From assembly GCA_016932045.1 (NCBI GenBank), contig JAFGDO010000001.1, forward strand, positions 1,014 through 65,013: 64,000 nucleotides of DNA, written 5' to 3'. The notes under the pieces were generated by a model. The model saw nothing but the letters and a program-made list of their open reading frames with translations, was not told where the DNA came from and did not search any database. Numbering within the stretch: position 1 is the first letter of the stretch; each line of letters begins with the position of its first letter. Origin of the DNA: Candidatus Dojkabacteria bacterium. Its GTDB lineage: Bacteria; Patescibacteriota; Dojkabacteria; JAHIVN01. Below, piece after piece: positions 28,324 to 38,305 of this stretch. The translations under genes and the position numbers were made by a program.

Positions 28324-29643
28324 CTAGATCAATTGCCTGCTTTCTATTATATGATTTATCTGCCCCTTGGCCTCCTCAGATAAATCATATCTTACTCTTG
28401 TTGAAGGTTTGTCAATCTTTATGAATCTAGCTAGATCAATAGGGGTTCCTATCACGACTGAGTCGCAATCCACTTTGTTAATAGTTTCTTCAAGATCTTT
28501 CATTTGCTGCCTCCCATACCCCATTGCCGGAAGTACTATACCAATATTAGGATAATGATCAAATGTTTCTTGGATCTTACCAGTTACAAATGGACGAGGA
28601 TCAACAATTTTAGCTACTCCGTTTCTTTCGGCCGCAACCGTACCTGCACCAATCTTCATTTCGCCATGAGTGAGGGTCGGTCCATCTTCAACAACAAGTA
28701 CACGCTTGTTTCGAATGACTTCTGGCTTGTCAACACTTAGCACTGACTCTGCCTTTATAATCTGCGCTGAGGGATTATACTCTTTCGCATTTTTTTCAAT
28801 AATTTGAATTTCTTTTGGACTTGCAGAATCTATTTTGTTTATAACAATTACGTCGGCAAGTCTGAAGTTCACTTCACCCGGATAATATCGAATTTCATGT
28901 CCAGCGCGAAGCGGATCTGCAACAACAATTACTAAATCAGATTTATAAAACGACATATCGTTATTGCCCCCATCCCAGACAATCACATCTGCCTCCTCTT
29001 CAGCTTCTCTTAAGATAGCTTCATAATCAACTCCGGCATAAATAATACTTCCCATAGCAATATGAGGTTCATACTCTTCCATTTCCTCAATTGTGCAATC
29101 ATGCTTTTGAAGATCTTCGATCTTCTCAAACCTTTGTACCGCCTGTTTTTCAAGATCTCCATAAGGCATAGGGTGTCGGATTGATACGACCCTTTTACCA
29201 GCTTCTTTTAATATCTCTACTACCCTCCTTGTCGTCTGACTTTTACCGCAGCCTGTTCGAACAGCAAGAACAGAAATAATTGGTTTTGACGATTTCAACA
29301 TTGTCTGGTCAGCACCGAGCATTGAGAATTTTGCTCCGGCTGCCATAACTTTTGATGCTAAATGCATAACAAAATCATAAGAAAGATCACTATAAGATAG
29401 TACGCATTCGTTTATCTCTCTTTCTTTAATAATTTGTACTAAATCAGCTTCATCTTGAATTGGAATACCCTCTGGATATAAATCTCCTGCTAGACTTGAG
29501 GGATACTTACGACCTGTAATATCCGGAATCTGAGCTGCAGTAAATGTAATGACTTCAGTGTTTGGATCCTTTCTATATACAGTATTAAAGTTATGGAAGT
29601 CACGCCCAGCAGCTCCTAAAATTAAAATCCTCCACTTACCCAT
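28324..29643 (-). CDS. Cyclic 2,3-diphosphoglycerate synthetase-like P-loop protein (archaeal-type).
   Basis: N-terminal ILILGAAGRDFHNFN and P-loop-like VRTGCGKSQTT, about 440 aa. Assignment is from my recollection of the cDPG synthetase N-terminal motif and is not a strong call. Confidence 0.45.
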   Translation of the reverse strand: MGKWRILILGAAGRDFHNFNTVYRKDPNTEVITFTAAQIPDITGRKYPSSLAGDLYPEGIPIQDEADLVQIIKEREINECVLSYSDLSYDFVMHLASKVMAAGAKFSMLGADQTMLKSSKPIISVLAVRTGCGKSQTTRRVVEILKEAGKRVVSIRHPMPYGDLEKQAVQRFEKIEDLQKHDCTIEEMEEYEPHIAMGSIIYAGVDYEAILREAEEEADVIVWDGGNNDMSFYKSDLVIVVADPLRAGHEIRYYPGEVNFRLADVIVINKIDSASPKEIQIIEKNAKEYNPSAQIIKAESVLSVDKPEVIRNKRVLVVEDGPTLTHGEMKIGAGTVAAERNGVAKIVDPRPFVTGKIQETFDHYPNIGIVLPAMGYGRQQMKDLEETINKVDCDSVVIGTPIDLARFIKIDKPSTRVRYDLSEEAKGQINHIIESRQLI

Positions 29644-29764
29644 AGTTATTGATTTAACATTTTAGATACTGCCGGATATAATAGGCCAATAGATTTTTTT
29701 ATGCAACCAGAAAAAACGATTTAATCGATCTTTGTGATCAAATCGATTATAAAGTACTATTATT

Positions 29765-30082
29765 ATGAAAGTTCTTAGGTTTATCATAAAAATACCTGAC
29801 TATATCGCAGTAGGTTTGATAAAGATATATCAATTCTTTTTTTCCACCGACCATGCATTTTGGGCAAGACCGGATGTATTTAGAATATGCACATACAAAC
29901 CAAGCTGTTCAGAATTTACCAGCCAGGCAATCCTAAAATATGGCTTAATTCCCGGTTCAATAATGGGACTTAAAAGAATTATAGATTGTAATCCTTTCTC
30001 AAAAGGAGGATACGATCCTGTTCCAGAAAGATATACACTGAAGAGATACAAAGGGAAAGATGCGAAACCGGCGTATGAGTAA
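29765..30082 (+). CDS. yidD: Membrane protein insertion efficiency factor YidD family.
   Basis: IKIYQFFFS...CTYKPSCSEFTSQAILKYGLIPGSIMGLKRIIDCNPFSKGGYDPVPE matches the YidD/DUF37 signature (CRFxPSCSxY...G...RIxRCHPxxxGGxDPVP). Confidence 0.8.
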   Translation: MKVLRFIIKIPDYIAVGLIKIYQFFFSTDHAFWARPDVFRICTYKPSCSEFTSQAILKYGLIPGSIMGLKRIIDCNPFSKGGYDPVPERYTLKRYKGKDAKPAYE

Positions 30083-30189
30083 TATTATCTTGCAAATCTA
30101 ATCTCAACTGTTTGTTCAATGTCTCCGCTCTGGGCAACAATGTACATAACTTCTTATACCTATATCGGAAAGTCCAGGGCTGTTAGTTC

Positions 30190-30840
30190 AGAGTTGTTGG
30201 TTCAGGGCCTCTGCCCTGAACCAGTTCTGCTACTTGTTGTATCAGGGCCTTCACCTTGAACCATATCCTACTACTCTACAACCACATCTATTACCGAATT
30301 ATCGTTATTTATATAGTTTCTCGCTGAAGAATACCTCCAATCTTCCTCCTTTTCAACATACCATTTAGCAACTGGGTTCTCATGAATATAGTTTAACTTC
30401 TGTTCAAAAAAATTAACACTTTCAACGATTTCTGGCCAATTACCATTCTGCCAAACCTTGAAATTTTGCCCAACCTTTCTTCCTAAATCACATAATGTTT
30501 TAAAGCAAAGCTTATTCCCATTTCTTTCGAGAATGGATTTTATCTCTTTTGCCGTATAACTTTTAAAACTACGAACAAATTTAATCATATCAGAACATTG
30601 CGCTATTATATGAATATGATCGTACATAATCACATAGGCATTAATTTTTAAATCCAGCTTCCTTTGATAGAACTTTAAAGATCGAATAACTACCTCGCAA
30701 TACCTGTCTTGAGAAAAAAGGTTAAACCATTTCATAATAGAAAATGTTAAGAAGTATGTTCGATCTTTTAGACATGCAGAAATCCTTGTAGATGACATAT
30801 CATCACTTTTAAATTCAGGGCAGGAGCCCTGAACTAACTA
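30190..30840 (-). mobile_element. IS200/IS605-type element: HUH (Y1) transposase flanked by GC-rich subterminal hairpins.
   Basis: Hairpins: GGTTCAGGGC-CTCT-GCCCTGAACC (30198-30221), a degenerate copy at about 30239-30262, and TTCAGGGC-AGGA-GCCCTGAA (30814-30833). They bracket the transposase ORF. Confidence 0.7.
30271..30798 (-). CDS. IS200-like / REP-associated tyrosine (HUH) transposase.
   Basis: MYDHIHIIAQ (HuH motif) and C-terminal catalytic Tyr region (WRYSSARNY), about 175 aa as in the Y1_Tnp family. Confidence 0.8.
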   Translation of the reverse strand: MSSTRISACLKDRTYFLTFSIMKWFNLFSQDRYCEVVIRSLKFYQRKLDLKINAYVIMYDHIHIIAQCSDMIKFVRSFKSYTAKEIKSILERNGNKLCFKTLCDLGRKVGQNFKVWQNGNWPEIVESVNFFEQKLNYIHENPVAKWYVEKEEDWRYSSARNYINNDNSVIDVVVE

Positions 30841-31098
30841 TGGATAACAAACATCATATTTAATAATTGCTCACACTTGATGTTGAAAACTCCAACCAAA
30901 AAAGTTTATATACAAAAAACAAATATCAGCAGATGGATTTGTTGTATACCTAATCGTAAACGAGACAGAAGGAACAGTTTGATCTATCTCAGCCATGTCT
31001 TCAAATGTATTCACATCATCTTCTTGTATAAAAGACTTCCAACAATCAGTTTCCGAAGTAAATTCCAGGCTAATTCCATTATTTTGCTTATTATATTT

Positions 31099-31830
31099 CT
31101 AAGTCCCCTTTGAATTAAAATCATTACTCTTCCAGCCTGAAAATGTAAATGAACCATCACTATCGAAAACCATCTTTCCATCTGAAATCTCATGAGATAT
31201 ATCTTCAAATATCCATTCCCCAAATATTTTTTGTTCATCTATAAGTCCACAGATTCCTCCTGTATCATAACCTTGATTCCTTTCAGAACTTTCTGAACTT
31301 TTATATAAATACTCATTCAACCAATCTATATAATACCTACCTTCCTCACAACCTTGGTAATTCTCGCGTTCTGCATAATCAACCTTAAATTCAATAGTTT
31401 TATCTTCTAAACTATAACTCACTACACCAGTGAACGATTCCACTAAACTTTCATCAGACAGGATATTATTCCATACTTCATTTATTTCGTTAAAATTGAA
31501 TCTAATTGAACTTGAATCCTTCTTGTACTCCCATTTTCCCGAAAGTTCATATTCACGATCCCCTTCTATTTCTTCAACAAAATAATGAAATTCTCCATCC
31601 TCTAGTAACACTAATTTTAAATATGCTGGGAAATCAGTATTTTTATTGCTCCATTCTCCTATAAGTTGATCTTCTGCCAGTAGTAAGCAGTCATCCTGAG
31701 TTATTTTAGATTCATCTTTTAAACTCTCCCCCTCTTCAGACTTTTTTCTCAATATAATAGCTGTAACTATTGTTACAGCTATTATCATCAGAATAACTAT
31801 CGCACCTAGAATAATCTTATTTTTTCTCAT
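31099..31830 (-). CDS. Hypothetical membrane-anchored protein.
   Basis: N-terminal TM (IILGAIVILMIIAVTIVTAIIL), acidic ectodomain, no known motif. Confidence 0.4.
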   Translation of the reverse strand: MRKNKIILGAIVILMIIAVTIVTAIILRKKSEEGESLKDESKITQDDCLLLAEDQLIGEWSNKNTDFPAYLKLVLLEDGEFHYFVEEIEGDREYELSGKWEYKKDSSSIRFNFNEINEVWNNILSDESLVESFTGVVSYSLEDKTIEFKVDYAERENYQGCEEGRYYIDWLNEYLYKSSESSERNQGYDTGGICGLIDEQKIFGEWIFEDISHEISDGKMVFDSDGSFTFSGWKSNDFNSKGT

Positions 31831-31833
31831 GGC

Positions 31834-32226
31834 TTACTTTTTAAAATTAAAGTACTTGGAAGGATCAACATGATGACCATTCTCCCAAACCTCAAAGTGT
31901 AAATGAACTCCAGTCGCCTTCCCCGACTGACCCATATACATAATTTCTTCTCCTTTTCTAGTTTTCCTTGGATATATACCTGTATAATATTTGGCATGTC
32001 CATATCTAGTTTCATAGTTTCCTTCATGTTTGATAAAGACAGTATTGCCAGCATACCAGCCACTTGACGCATCCCCCTTGTACACTCCCACTATCTTACA
32101 ACCACCCCATTTTGCAAGATCAATTCCTGTATGGAATTTTATCTCCCCGGTAAAAGGATCATGTCTTTCACCATAATTACTTGAAATATAATAGCCTTCA
32201 CAACTAGGATCTGAAACCGGACTCAC
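31834..32226 (-). CDS. M23 (LytM/lysostaphin-type) peptidase domain protein.
   Basis: HTGIDLA...GNYETRYGH...GHLHFEV are the HxxxD and HxH zinc-ligand motifs of M23 peptidases. It lies 25 nt downstream of the giant surface-protein gene, in a different frame. Confidence 0.8.
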   Translation of the reverse strand: MSPVSDPSCEGYYISSNYGERHDPFTGEIKFHTGIDLAKWGGCKIVGVYKGDASSGWYAGNTVFIKHEGNYETRYGHAKYYTGIYPRKTRKGEEIMYMGQSGKATGVHLHFEVWENGHHVDPSKYFNFKK

Positions 32227-32251
32227 AGCAACATCAAAAATGAATGGTTTA

Positions 32252-35200
32252 TCAGGTACAACTTTTTAAATTACTATATTCACTTCGTAGCCCTAAATTC
32301 CATTGTGCTTCTTGCCGGTTTCTACCTCTGTAGTCGATTATCACACCTTGAAATTCAAACTGCCCGAAAATATTTGTTCTTGCCTTTACATAATCATTCA
32401 CATTGAGCTCGCTATTCAAAGTAAAGACTTTTTGAAATCTGCCGCTCAAATCATCATTCCAAATATGCCCGACTTCAGTATCTTCCCCATTGTCTTTATG
32501 AAAGGAGATCATAACGTGTTCAACTTGGAATCTATTGCCTCTATATTCCTTTACCTCTCTCCATGTAGTTTTTTTATTTTCAAGACACCACGGAACAAAG
32601 AAACACTGCTTATCCATTTCCCAAATCCAGGAACTAAGTCTTTCTATCCCCATCTTTTCTTCAATACAACGTCTCTCGCCATTATCAATGAAATAACCTA
32701 CATCGCACTCTTTAACCGCTTCGTTATAAGTCTTATACTCCCTTTTTATATCTGCAGTTAATGAATGCCCCTTTGGAATTGCAACACCATACACTTCTAC
32801 TAATCCATCTTCAGTTGTATATACTGTAGTCAACTCTGGAGTAGGAATAAATACTCCGTTGATGTTATAGTTCTCATCTGAGCTAATACTGATATCTAAA
32901 TTAACATCTGACAAAGAACTCCCATATCTGTCCCCCCATGGATTCTCAGAAACTTCTCCTTCAACATCACCTATCGCCCAAGTCGGCGTATGGTAAATTC
33001 CAGTTACAGTTTCAGAGAAATTTCTAGCACGATCCTGGAGTTGGACATCAACTCTGTATTCTGCCCCCCACATCCAACTTGTAAAAGAACTTAATTTTAG
33101 CTGCCTATTTTCATCTATTTTATACTCCTGTTCACCTAAATCAATACCACTTCTATAAATATGAACTTTTACCTTAGAATACTTTTCTCCTTTTATTTCT
33201 AAGGATAATTTCCTCTGAGCAGGATTACCGTTGAAAAATACTTCTGGTTTCGCAGGCGGCACAGTATCACGTTCGACTTCATATGTAAGTATTTCGGAAT
33301 TATTTCCAGGAGCATCTGTAGATTTCACCTTAATCATATACAATCCATCCTCTTGAGGTCCTGAGTTCTTACCAAAGTTAACATTCTCCTGCCATATACT
33401 TCGAGGCTCATTTTGGAAAGTACAGTAATCTTCAATCCCCTTTGGATTTGTAACCCATAATTCTATATCGCTCAGTCTTTCAGCTTCTCCTTTCAATAGA
33501 ACACTATATTTATTAGTAATATTACCAAAACCATCATCATCCCAGTAATCAGCCGATCTGACTTCATTCGGTTTGCCTGGAGCGGTTTTATCATAGTAGA
33601 GTAATTCTCCTTTTGAAATAGAGCTCTTATTCCCTGCACGATCCTGCACCTTAGTTTGAATAATATAACCTTGTTCGAAAGCACCTATGTTAAGATTAAA
33701 ACTCCAGTCACAAAGAGGATAATAAACACCAGTATATGCCAAAGTTTTACCTTCGCAATTGTCGCTACCAACTAAAATTTCATCGATCTCATATGAACTA
33801 AGCCAGATTTCAACTTTTGAGTTCTCTTCTGCTTTACCTTTAATCTCCAGCTCCCTTCCGCGAATAACATATTCTGGCAGGATTCTTCCCTTTGCCGGCA
33901 ACTCATGTTTTGCATAAATACCGTTGTATTTTCCCCATTCAGATATATCTATATCCGAAAAATTAGGCTTTGTATTATCAATAATATAGGTAAATTCACC
34001 ATTTGCGGCATTTCCGGCATAATCCTCAATATTAATGTCAATACTATAATTTCCTTCATCTGCTTCAGATTCAATGACAAAACCTCCAAGATAGTTTTGT
34101 CTCGAATTATCTCCGAGCAAATGAAACCTAGCTGAATCCTGCCTTATTACTGTAACATAAGTCAGTGCTTCGTTGGATTGAATAAAGATGTCTGCAGCAG
34201 TTCCTGATTGATGAAATGAATTTGAAGTAGTGATATTTCGAAACTCTGGCGCAATTTTATCAAGAACTACATTTACAGGAAAAGAGATTTCGCTCTTATT
34301 GTTTACATTATCGCTACTAACAGAAGAAATTTCATATTTCCTATAACTACTTATAAAGGGTAACTTGATATTTGCCTTCCATTTCCCTGTAGGATCTGCT
34401 TTACAGACATAAACTTCAACACCATCCACAAGGATGTGTACATAACTTAATGGCTCCGCTATACCGTTTATTATCAATTTCTCATCATTTGTATAATAAT
34501 CTTCCCTAAACTTTTTTAAATCTACCAGTAAGTCTTCCTTTATAAGCTTTGTTATAGTAGGCACAACTGGAATAGTTCCATCTATTCGAATGCCAATACT
34601 CATGGTCTTCTCTGTCTCCCCCTTCCTTCCCACGAACTCTATCTCGTAAATTCCACCGCTCACGTCTGGAGTAGTCCATAGATAATCCCATGTGCATTCG
34701 TTTTGGGTACATCCCCTTCCAAAACCATCAACTCGTCCTATTTTGTACCGATCTAATGAACCATCAGGCAACTCAGAAAGATTAGAATAATCTGCAAAAC
34801 TGATATCAACATATTCTGTATATTGTGTTACAAGACTCCTTAGAATTACTTCCTGATCTACCCCTGTAAGCGAAGGTAGAGCTCGCACGCTCAACAAAGG
34901 ATCTGAAAAATCCAAGATTACTTTTACTACATTGCTCTTGGAAGTTTCATTCCCAGAAAAATCAATAGCATAAGCCCAAAGATATGACTCCTTGGTGGTA
35001 AGTGGAACTATCCCTGTAAAAAAGCCGTACTCATTAACCTCCAAAACCTGCTCATCATTACAGTCACCATCAATGCCAATCAGGTCAACACATAATCTTA
35101 CTACAGTATCAAGAGGTGCTTGGCCCTGTACATTTATAACTCCCTTTGCAGTAACCGTGTGGTTCTTCGGATTAGTTATAACAACTTCACCATCAACTTT

Positions 35201-38122
35201 TGTTTTAACATAAAACTTAACTGGATCGGTGCCAAACTCGACCCCATCAGTAGTTCTTATCCATAAAGAATATGTATACTCGCCGTCTGAAAGCCAGCTC
35301 CCGTTACTATCCTTTCCATTAAAGTAATAATTCGGCGGCAGTCCATCAGACCCACTTAATAATGCAACAATATCTTCACCTATATCTTTTATATGAATTT
35401 CCCACACCTCTACTTGCACATCTTCTTCTTGGCTATCTCTGTTATACACTTTTAAAGTAAAATCAATTCCATCCTGCCTGCCATCGCCATTCGGAGAGAT
35501 GTATTCATTATTCCCTTCAATTGATAGATTAACTGCGTATAAATTCACTTCTACATTTAATTCCACTCCTGCAATGTTTTTTGCATTATCAATAAGTTCC
35601 AAACTGATGTTATTTTTAACGTAAATATCATTGACCTGATTCGCCCTCAACTGAAATTCCTCAATTTCAAAATCACACACTTCTTTTACTCCTTCCCAGC
35701 CTATACCAAATCTACTTTCTACCGGATGACAATTGTATATACCTTGCTGATCCGGATTTATATTAATGATAATTTCGGTTTCACTGCCTGTTACATTAAG
35801 TCTTGAATTACTTTCCGCTTGTCCTCTAATGGTAACCTTGGAATGGTTCATTAACTCTCCTTGTAAAGGTGTTTCAATTTGTAAATAAGTATGCGAATCT
35901 AGTGTAAATAGTTCCTTGAAAATATCAGACTGGTTTCCGGCAACATCTCGTACTGTAGACTTAATAGTATAGTCACCATCAGGTTGAAGCGGATTATCAA
36001 AGAAATAAGAATAAATACATTCGAATGATCCCTCGATTTCAACATTTAAACAACTTGTTTCAATATGACCCAATTGTGTTTGGATATTCTTACCATCACT
36101 CACGAGTACAAGTTCATTATTACTTCCCTCAAGTAGAGAAAGATTTATACTTTGCGAATCTATACCACTTTGAAAAATCTCATTATATTCATCAGATAAC
36201 TTGAGATTTATATTTGGAGTTCGATCATTTATCAAACCAATAGGAGCAGTTACTTCTAATTTAGGAACATCAATTTCTTTATTCACTTTTAATGATTGAG
36301 TACTAATATTCCCAGCAGAGTCCATTGCCATAAAAGTAAAAACATTCTCACCCAAACTTAATTGTTCTTCCACTTCGAAAATTCCATAGTGATCTACAAA
36401 AAGTAACCTATTGTTTATGCTTAGCAAGGCTGTCTCCTCAGTTATACCTGAAATAAAGACTGTATCAGTGTTAAGCCAGGCACCATCAATAGGTTTAGAA
36501 ATATTTACAGTAGCAGGAGTATTATCCACTACTACTAAGACATCTGAATCTGGCGAAAAATTTCCAGCTTTATCAAAGGCACGTAACTTAAATGTATACA
36601 GGCCATCTAGAACTATATTTCCTGAATTATCTGTACCATCCCAAATGACCAGATCGCTTAACGAAGTACCCCTAAAACTTTTAATTGTCACATCATATAA
36701 ATCAAGAATGGTTGCTTCCCAATGATCAAAGTGCTCATCAAACACCTCGAAAGAAAGTTCAGTGCTATCAAATCTCCCATCTGCATTCGGACTTATAACC
36801 TCCTCACTTACCTGAGCATTTAAAATTGCCGGTAGGATAGAGTCTTGACGGGATTTTACAAATTCACTCCAGTCGTTCTCATTTCCCAACTTATCCTTTG
36901 ACTTTACTTGATAGCAATAAGTAGCATCGTGGTACAAATCCGCTATAGTAAATTCTTGAGATTCCTGCCAGTCGCCTTCATAAAAATAAGTGTTACAATT
37001 CTCGCCTTCAAAGACGCCAAATTTGTATTTTACTTCTTTTAGTAATGAATCAAAACTTAAAGTTGACCTAACTGTATTCTGATTTCCTTGAGAAAATTCC
37101 GGTTCCCCTATAACTTCAGGAGATGACGGAGGAGTGGTGTCTATAATAAATGTGTATATTGCCGAATAGTCACTCCACACATCCATCTGATCTTTTGATC
37201 TTGTCTTCCACTCCCAGATACCATCAGGTAAGAATTTTGTAAACTGCGCGGTTTTTTGACCGTCACGCTTCGGTGAAATTTCCCAGTCTCTATCTTTTAA
37301 CCTTTTATAGTAAAACCAAGTACCATCAAAGTTACCATCAGGATCCCCAAGATCTTTAACTTTCATAGTAATCTCATATCCTTGGCAAGAAGAATCTCCT
37401 CCAAACTCTGCTTTATTTGTCGGACTTGTAGGATTTGGTATATTTGGAGCATGATTTGCAGAGTAATTAACAACGAGTCGGGGTTGACTAGATTCAAAGC
37501 AGGTTGAGTTATTATAATTTCGAGTACACCAGAAACCTCCAACATTCCCTTGGTCCTTATATAGCACAAGACCATAATTAGAAATGCCCTGTACCCACTC
37601 CCTTACAAGATTTGTAACATCAAAAGTGTATTTTTGTGGAGGATTAAACCACTGTCCCGCCCCTCCCGAAATCCAACTTTGTGCATAGATGCCGCTAAAA
37701 TCGGGTTTATTATTCCAATTAACGTTCATCTCTGACCAATCTTGATTCACTTTCGCTACATTGACTAGGTAATCTCCAGATGCATAATCACTTCGGACAT
37801 ACTGATAAACTTCTAAATATGCAGATTCGATAATTGACTGAGAACTCAGCATAGACAAATCAAACTTAATGTACGCATATGAATTTGAAAAATAATTACC
37901 TAGATTCCAGCTTCTTCCGACAGTCATATCGTTCCAGGATCCATAATTCTTCTCAAATCCTTCTCTTGCCATAGCATCTGCAACAGGAGTAAGATTCAGC
38001 TGAGAAGAAGCTTGAACGTCATCATAAGATTGACTAACGGCAAAAATCAGCGACGTTAAAACACTTTGAGCTATAAAAAATAGTATTATGCGAAGAAACT
38101 TGTTAAAATAATTCTTACTCAA
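32252..38122 (-). CDS. Giant (1956 aa) secreted multi-domain surface protein (adhesin-like).
   Basis: Signal peptide. N-terminal module (GSWNDMTVGRSWNLGNYFSNSYAYIKFDLSML...AYLEVYQY) resembles DNRLRE/carbohydrate-binding-type domains. It is followed by dozens of approximately 90-110-aa beta-rich, Ig-like repeats. No C-terminal TM. Confidence 0.7.
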   Translation of the reverse strand: MSKNYFNKFLRIILFFIAQSVLTSLIFAVSQSYDDVQASSQLNLTPVADAMAREGFEKNYGSWNDMTVGRSWNLGNYFSNSYAYIKFDLSMLSSQSIIESAYLEVYQYVRSDYASGDYLVNVAKVNQDWSEMNVNWNNKPDFSGIYAQSWISGGAGQWFNPPQKYTFDVTNLVREWVQGISNYGLVLYKDQGNVGGFWCTRNYNNSTCFESSQPRLVVNYSANHAPNIPNPTSPTNKAEFGGDSSCQGYEITMKVKDLGDPDGNFDGTWFYYKRLKDRDWEISPKRDGQKTAQFTKFLPDGIWEWKTRSKDQMDVWSDYSAIYTFIIDTTPPSSPEVIGEPEFSQGNQNTVRSTLSFDSLLKEVKYKFGVFEGENCNTYFYEGDWQESQEFTIADLYHDATYCYQVKSKDKLGNENDWSEFVKSRQDSILPAILNAQVSEEVISPNADGRFDSTELSFEVFDEHFDHWEATILDLYDVTIKSFRGTSLSDLVIWDGTDNSGNIVLDGLYTFKLRAFDKAGNFSPDSDVLVVVDNTPATVNISKPIDGAWLNTDTVFISGITEETALLSINNRLLFVDHYGIFEVEEQLSLGENVFTFMAMDSAGNISTQSLKVNKEIDVPKLEVTAPIGLINDRTPNINLKLSDEYNEIFQSGIDSQSINLSLLEGSNNELVLVSDGKNIQTQLGHIETSCLNVEIEGSFECIYSYFFDNPLQPDGDYTIKSTVRDVAGNQSDIFKELFTLDSHTYLQIETPLQGELMNHSKVTIRGQAESNSRLNVTGSETEIIININPDQQGIYNCHPVESRFGIGWEGVKEVCDFEIEEFQLRANQVNDIYVKNNISLELIDNAKNIAGVELNVEVNLYAVNLSIEGNNEYISPNGDGRQDGIDFTLKVYNRDSQEEDVQVEVWEIHIKDIGEDIVALLSGSDGLPPNYYFNGKDSNGSWLSDGEYTYSLWIRTTDGVEFGTDPVKFYVKTKVDGEVVITNPKNHTVTAKGVINVQGQAPLDTVVRLCVDLIGIDGDCNDEQVLEVNEYGFFTGIVPLTTKESYLWAYAIDFSGNETSKSNVVKVILDFSDPLLSVRALPSLTGVDQEVILRSLVTQYTEYVDISFADYSNLSELPDGSLDRYKIGRVDGFGRGCTQNECTWDYLWTTPDVSGGIYEIEFVGRKGETEKTMSIGIRIDGTIPVVPTITKLIKEDLLVDLKKFREDYYTNDEKLIINGIAEPLSYVHILVDGVEVYVCKADPTGKWKANIKLPFISSYRKYEISSVSSDNVNNKSEISFPVNVVLDKIAPEFRNITTSNSFHQSGTAADIFIQSNEALTYVTVIRQDSARFHLLGDNSRQNYLGGFVIESEADEGNYSIDINIEDYAGNAANGEFTYIIDNTKPNFSDIDISEWGKYNGIYAKHELPAKGRILPEYVIRGRELEIKGKAEENSKVEIWLSSYEIDEILVGSDNCEGKTLAYTGVYYPLCDWSFNLNIGAFEQGYIIQTKVQDRAGNKSSISKGELLYYDKTAPGKPNEVRSADYWDDDGFGNITNKYSVLLKGEAERLSDIELWVTNPKGIEDYCTFQNEPRSIWQENVNFGKNSGPQEDGLYMIKVKSTDAPGNNSEILTYEVERDTVPPAKPEVFFNGNPAQRKLSLEIKGEKYSKVKVHIYRSGIDLGEQEYKIDENRQLKLSSFTSWMWGAEYRVDVQLQDRARNFSETVTGIYHTPTWAIGDVEGEVSENPWGDRYGSSLSDVNLDISISSDENYNINGVFIPTPELTTVYTTEDGLVEVYGVAIPKGHSLTADIKREYKTYNEAVKECDVGYFIDNGERRCIEEKMGIERLSSWIWEMDKQCFFVPWCLENKKTTWREVKEYRGNRFQVEHVMISFHKDNGEDTEVGHIWNDDLSGRFQKVFTLNSELNVNDYVKARTNIFGQFEFQGVIIDYRGRNRQEAQWNLGLRSEYSNLKSCT

Positions 38123-38305
38123 CCATAAAAGATAACAGATTATTCATTTTTATATAGAACTTATTTCTATATTCGTCAAGTGTTTATGTGTAATAATATA
38201 AAACATATTTGCAATCCTTATGGATAATCATTGTGAAAAATATTCGATTTCATAACTATGACAAAGATAAATTTTTTTGAATTATTAATTCTTTAAAACA
38301 AATTT

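Noticed and set aside
31827-32072. 81-aa minus-strand ORF overlapping the M23 gene.
   Set aside because: It is in a different frame of the same strand as the well-supported M23 ORF, and its product has no motif.
32227-32251. M23 domain as an in-frame C-terminal extension of the 1956-aa protein (read-through or fusion).
   Set aside because: The 25-nt spacing puts the M23 ORF in a different frame from the giant gene, so a simple stop-codon read-through cannot join them. A sequencing frameshift remains possible (see findings).
32303-37575. Six short ORFs on both strands inside the 5.9-kb giant gene.
   Set aside because: All are embedded in a continuous 1956-codon frame with repeat-domain architecture. 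They are shadow ORFs.
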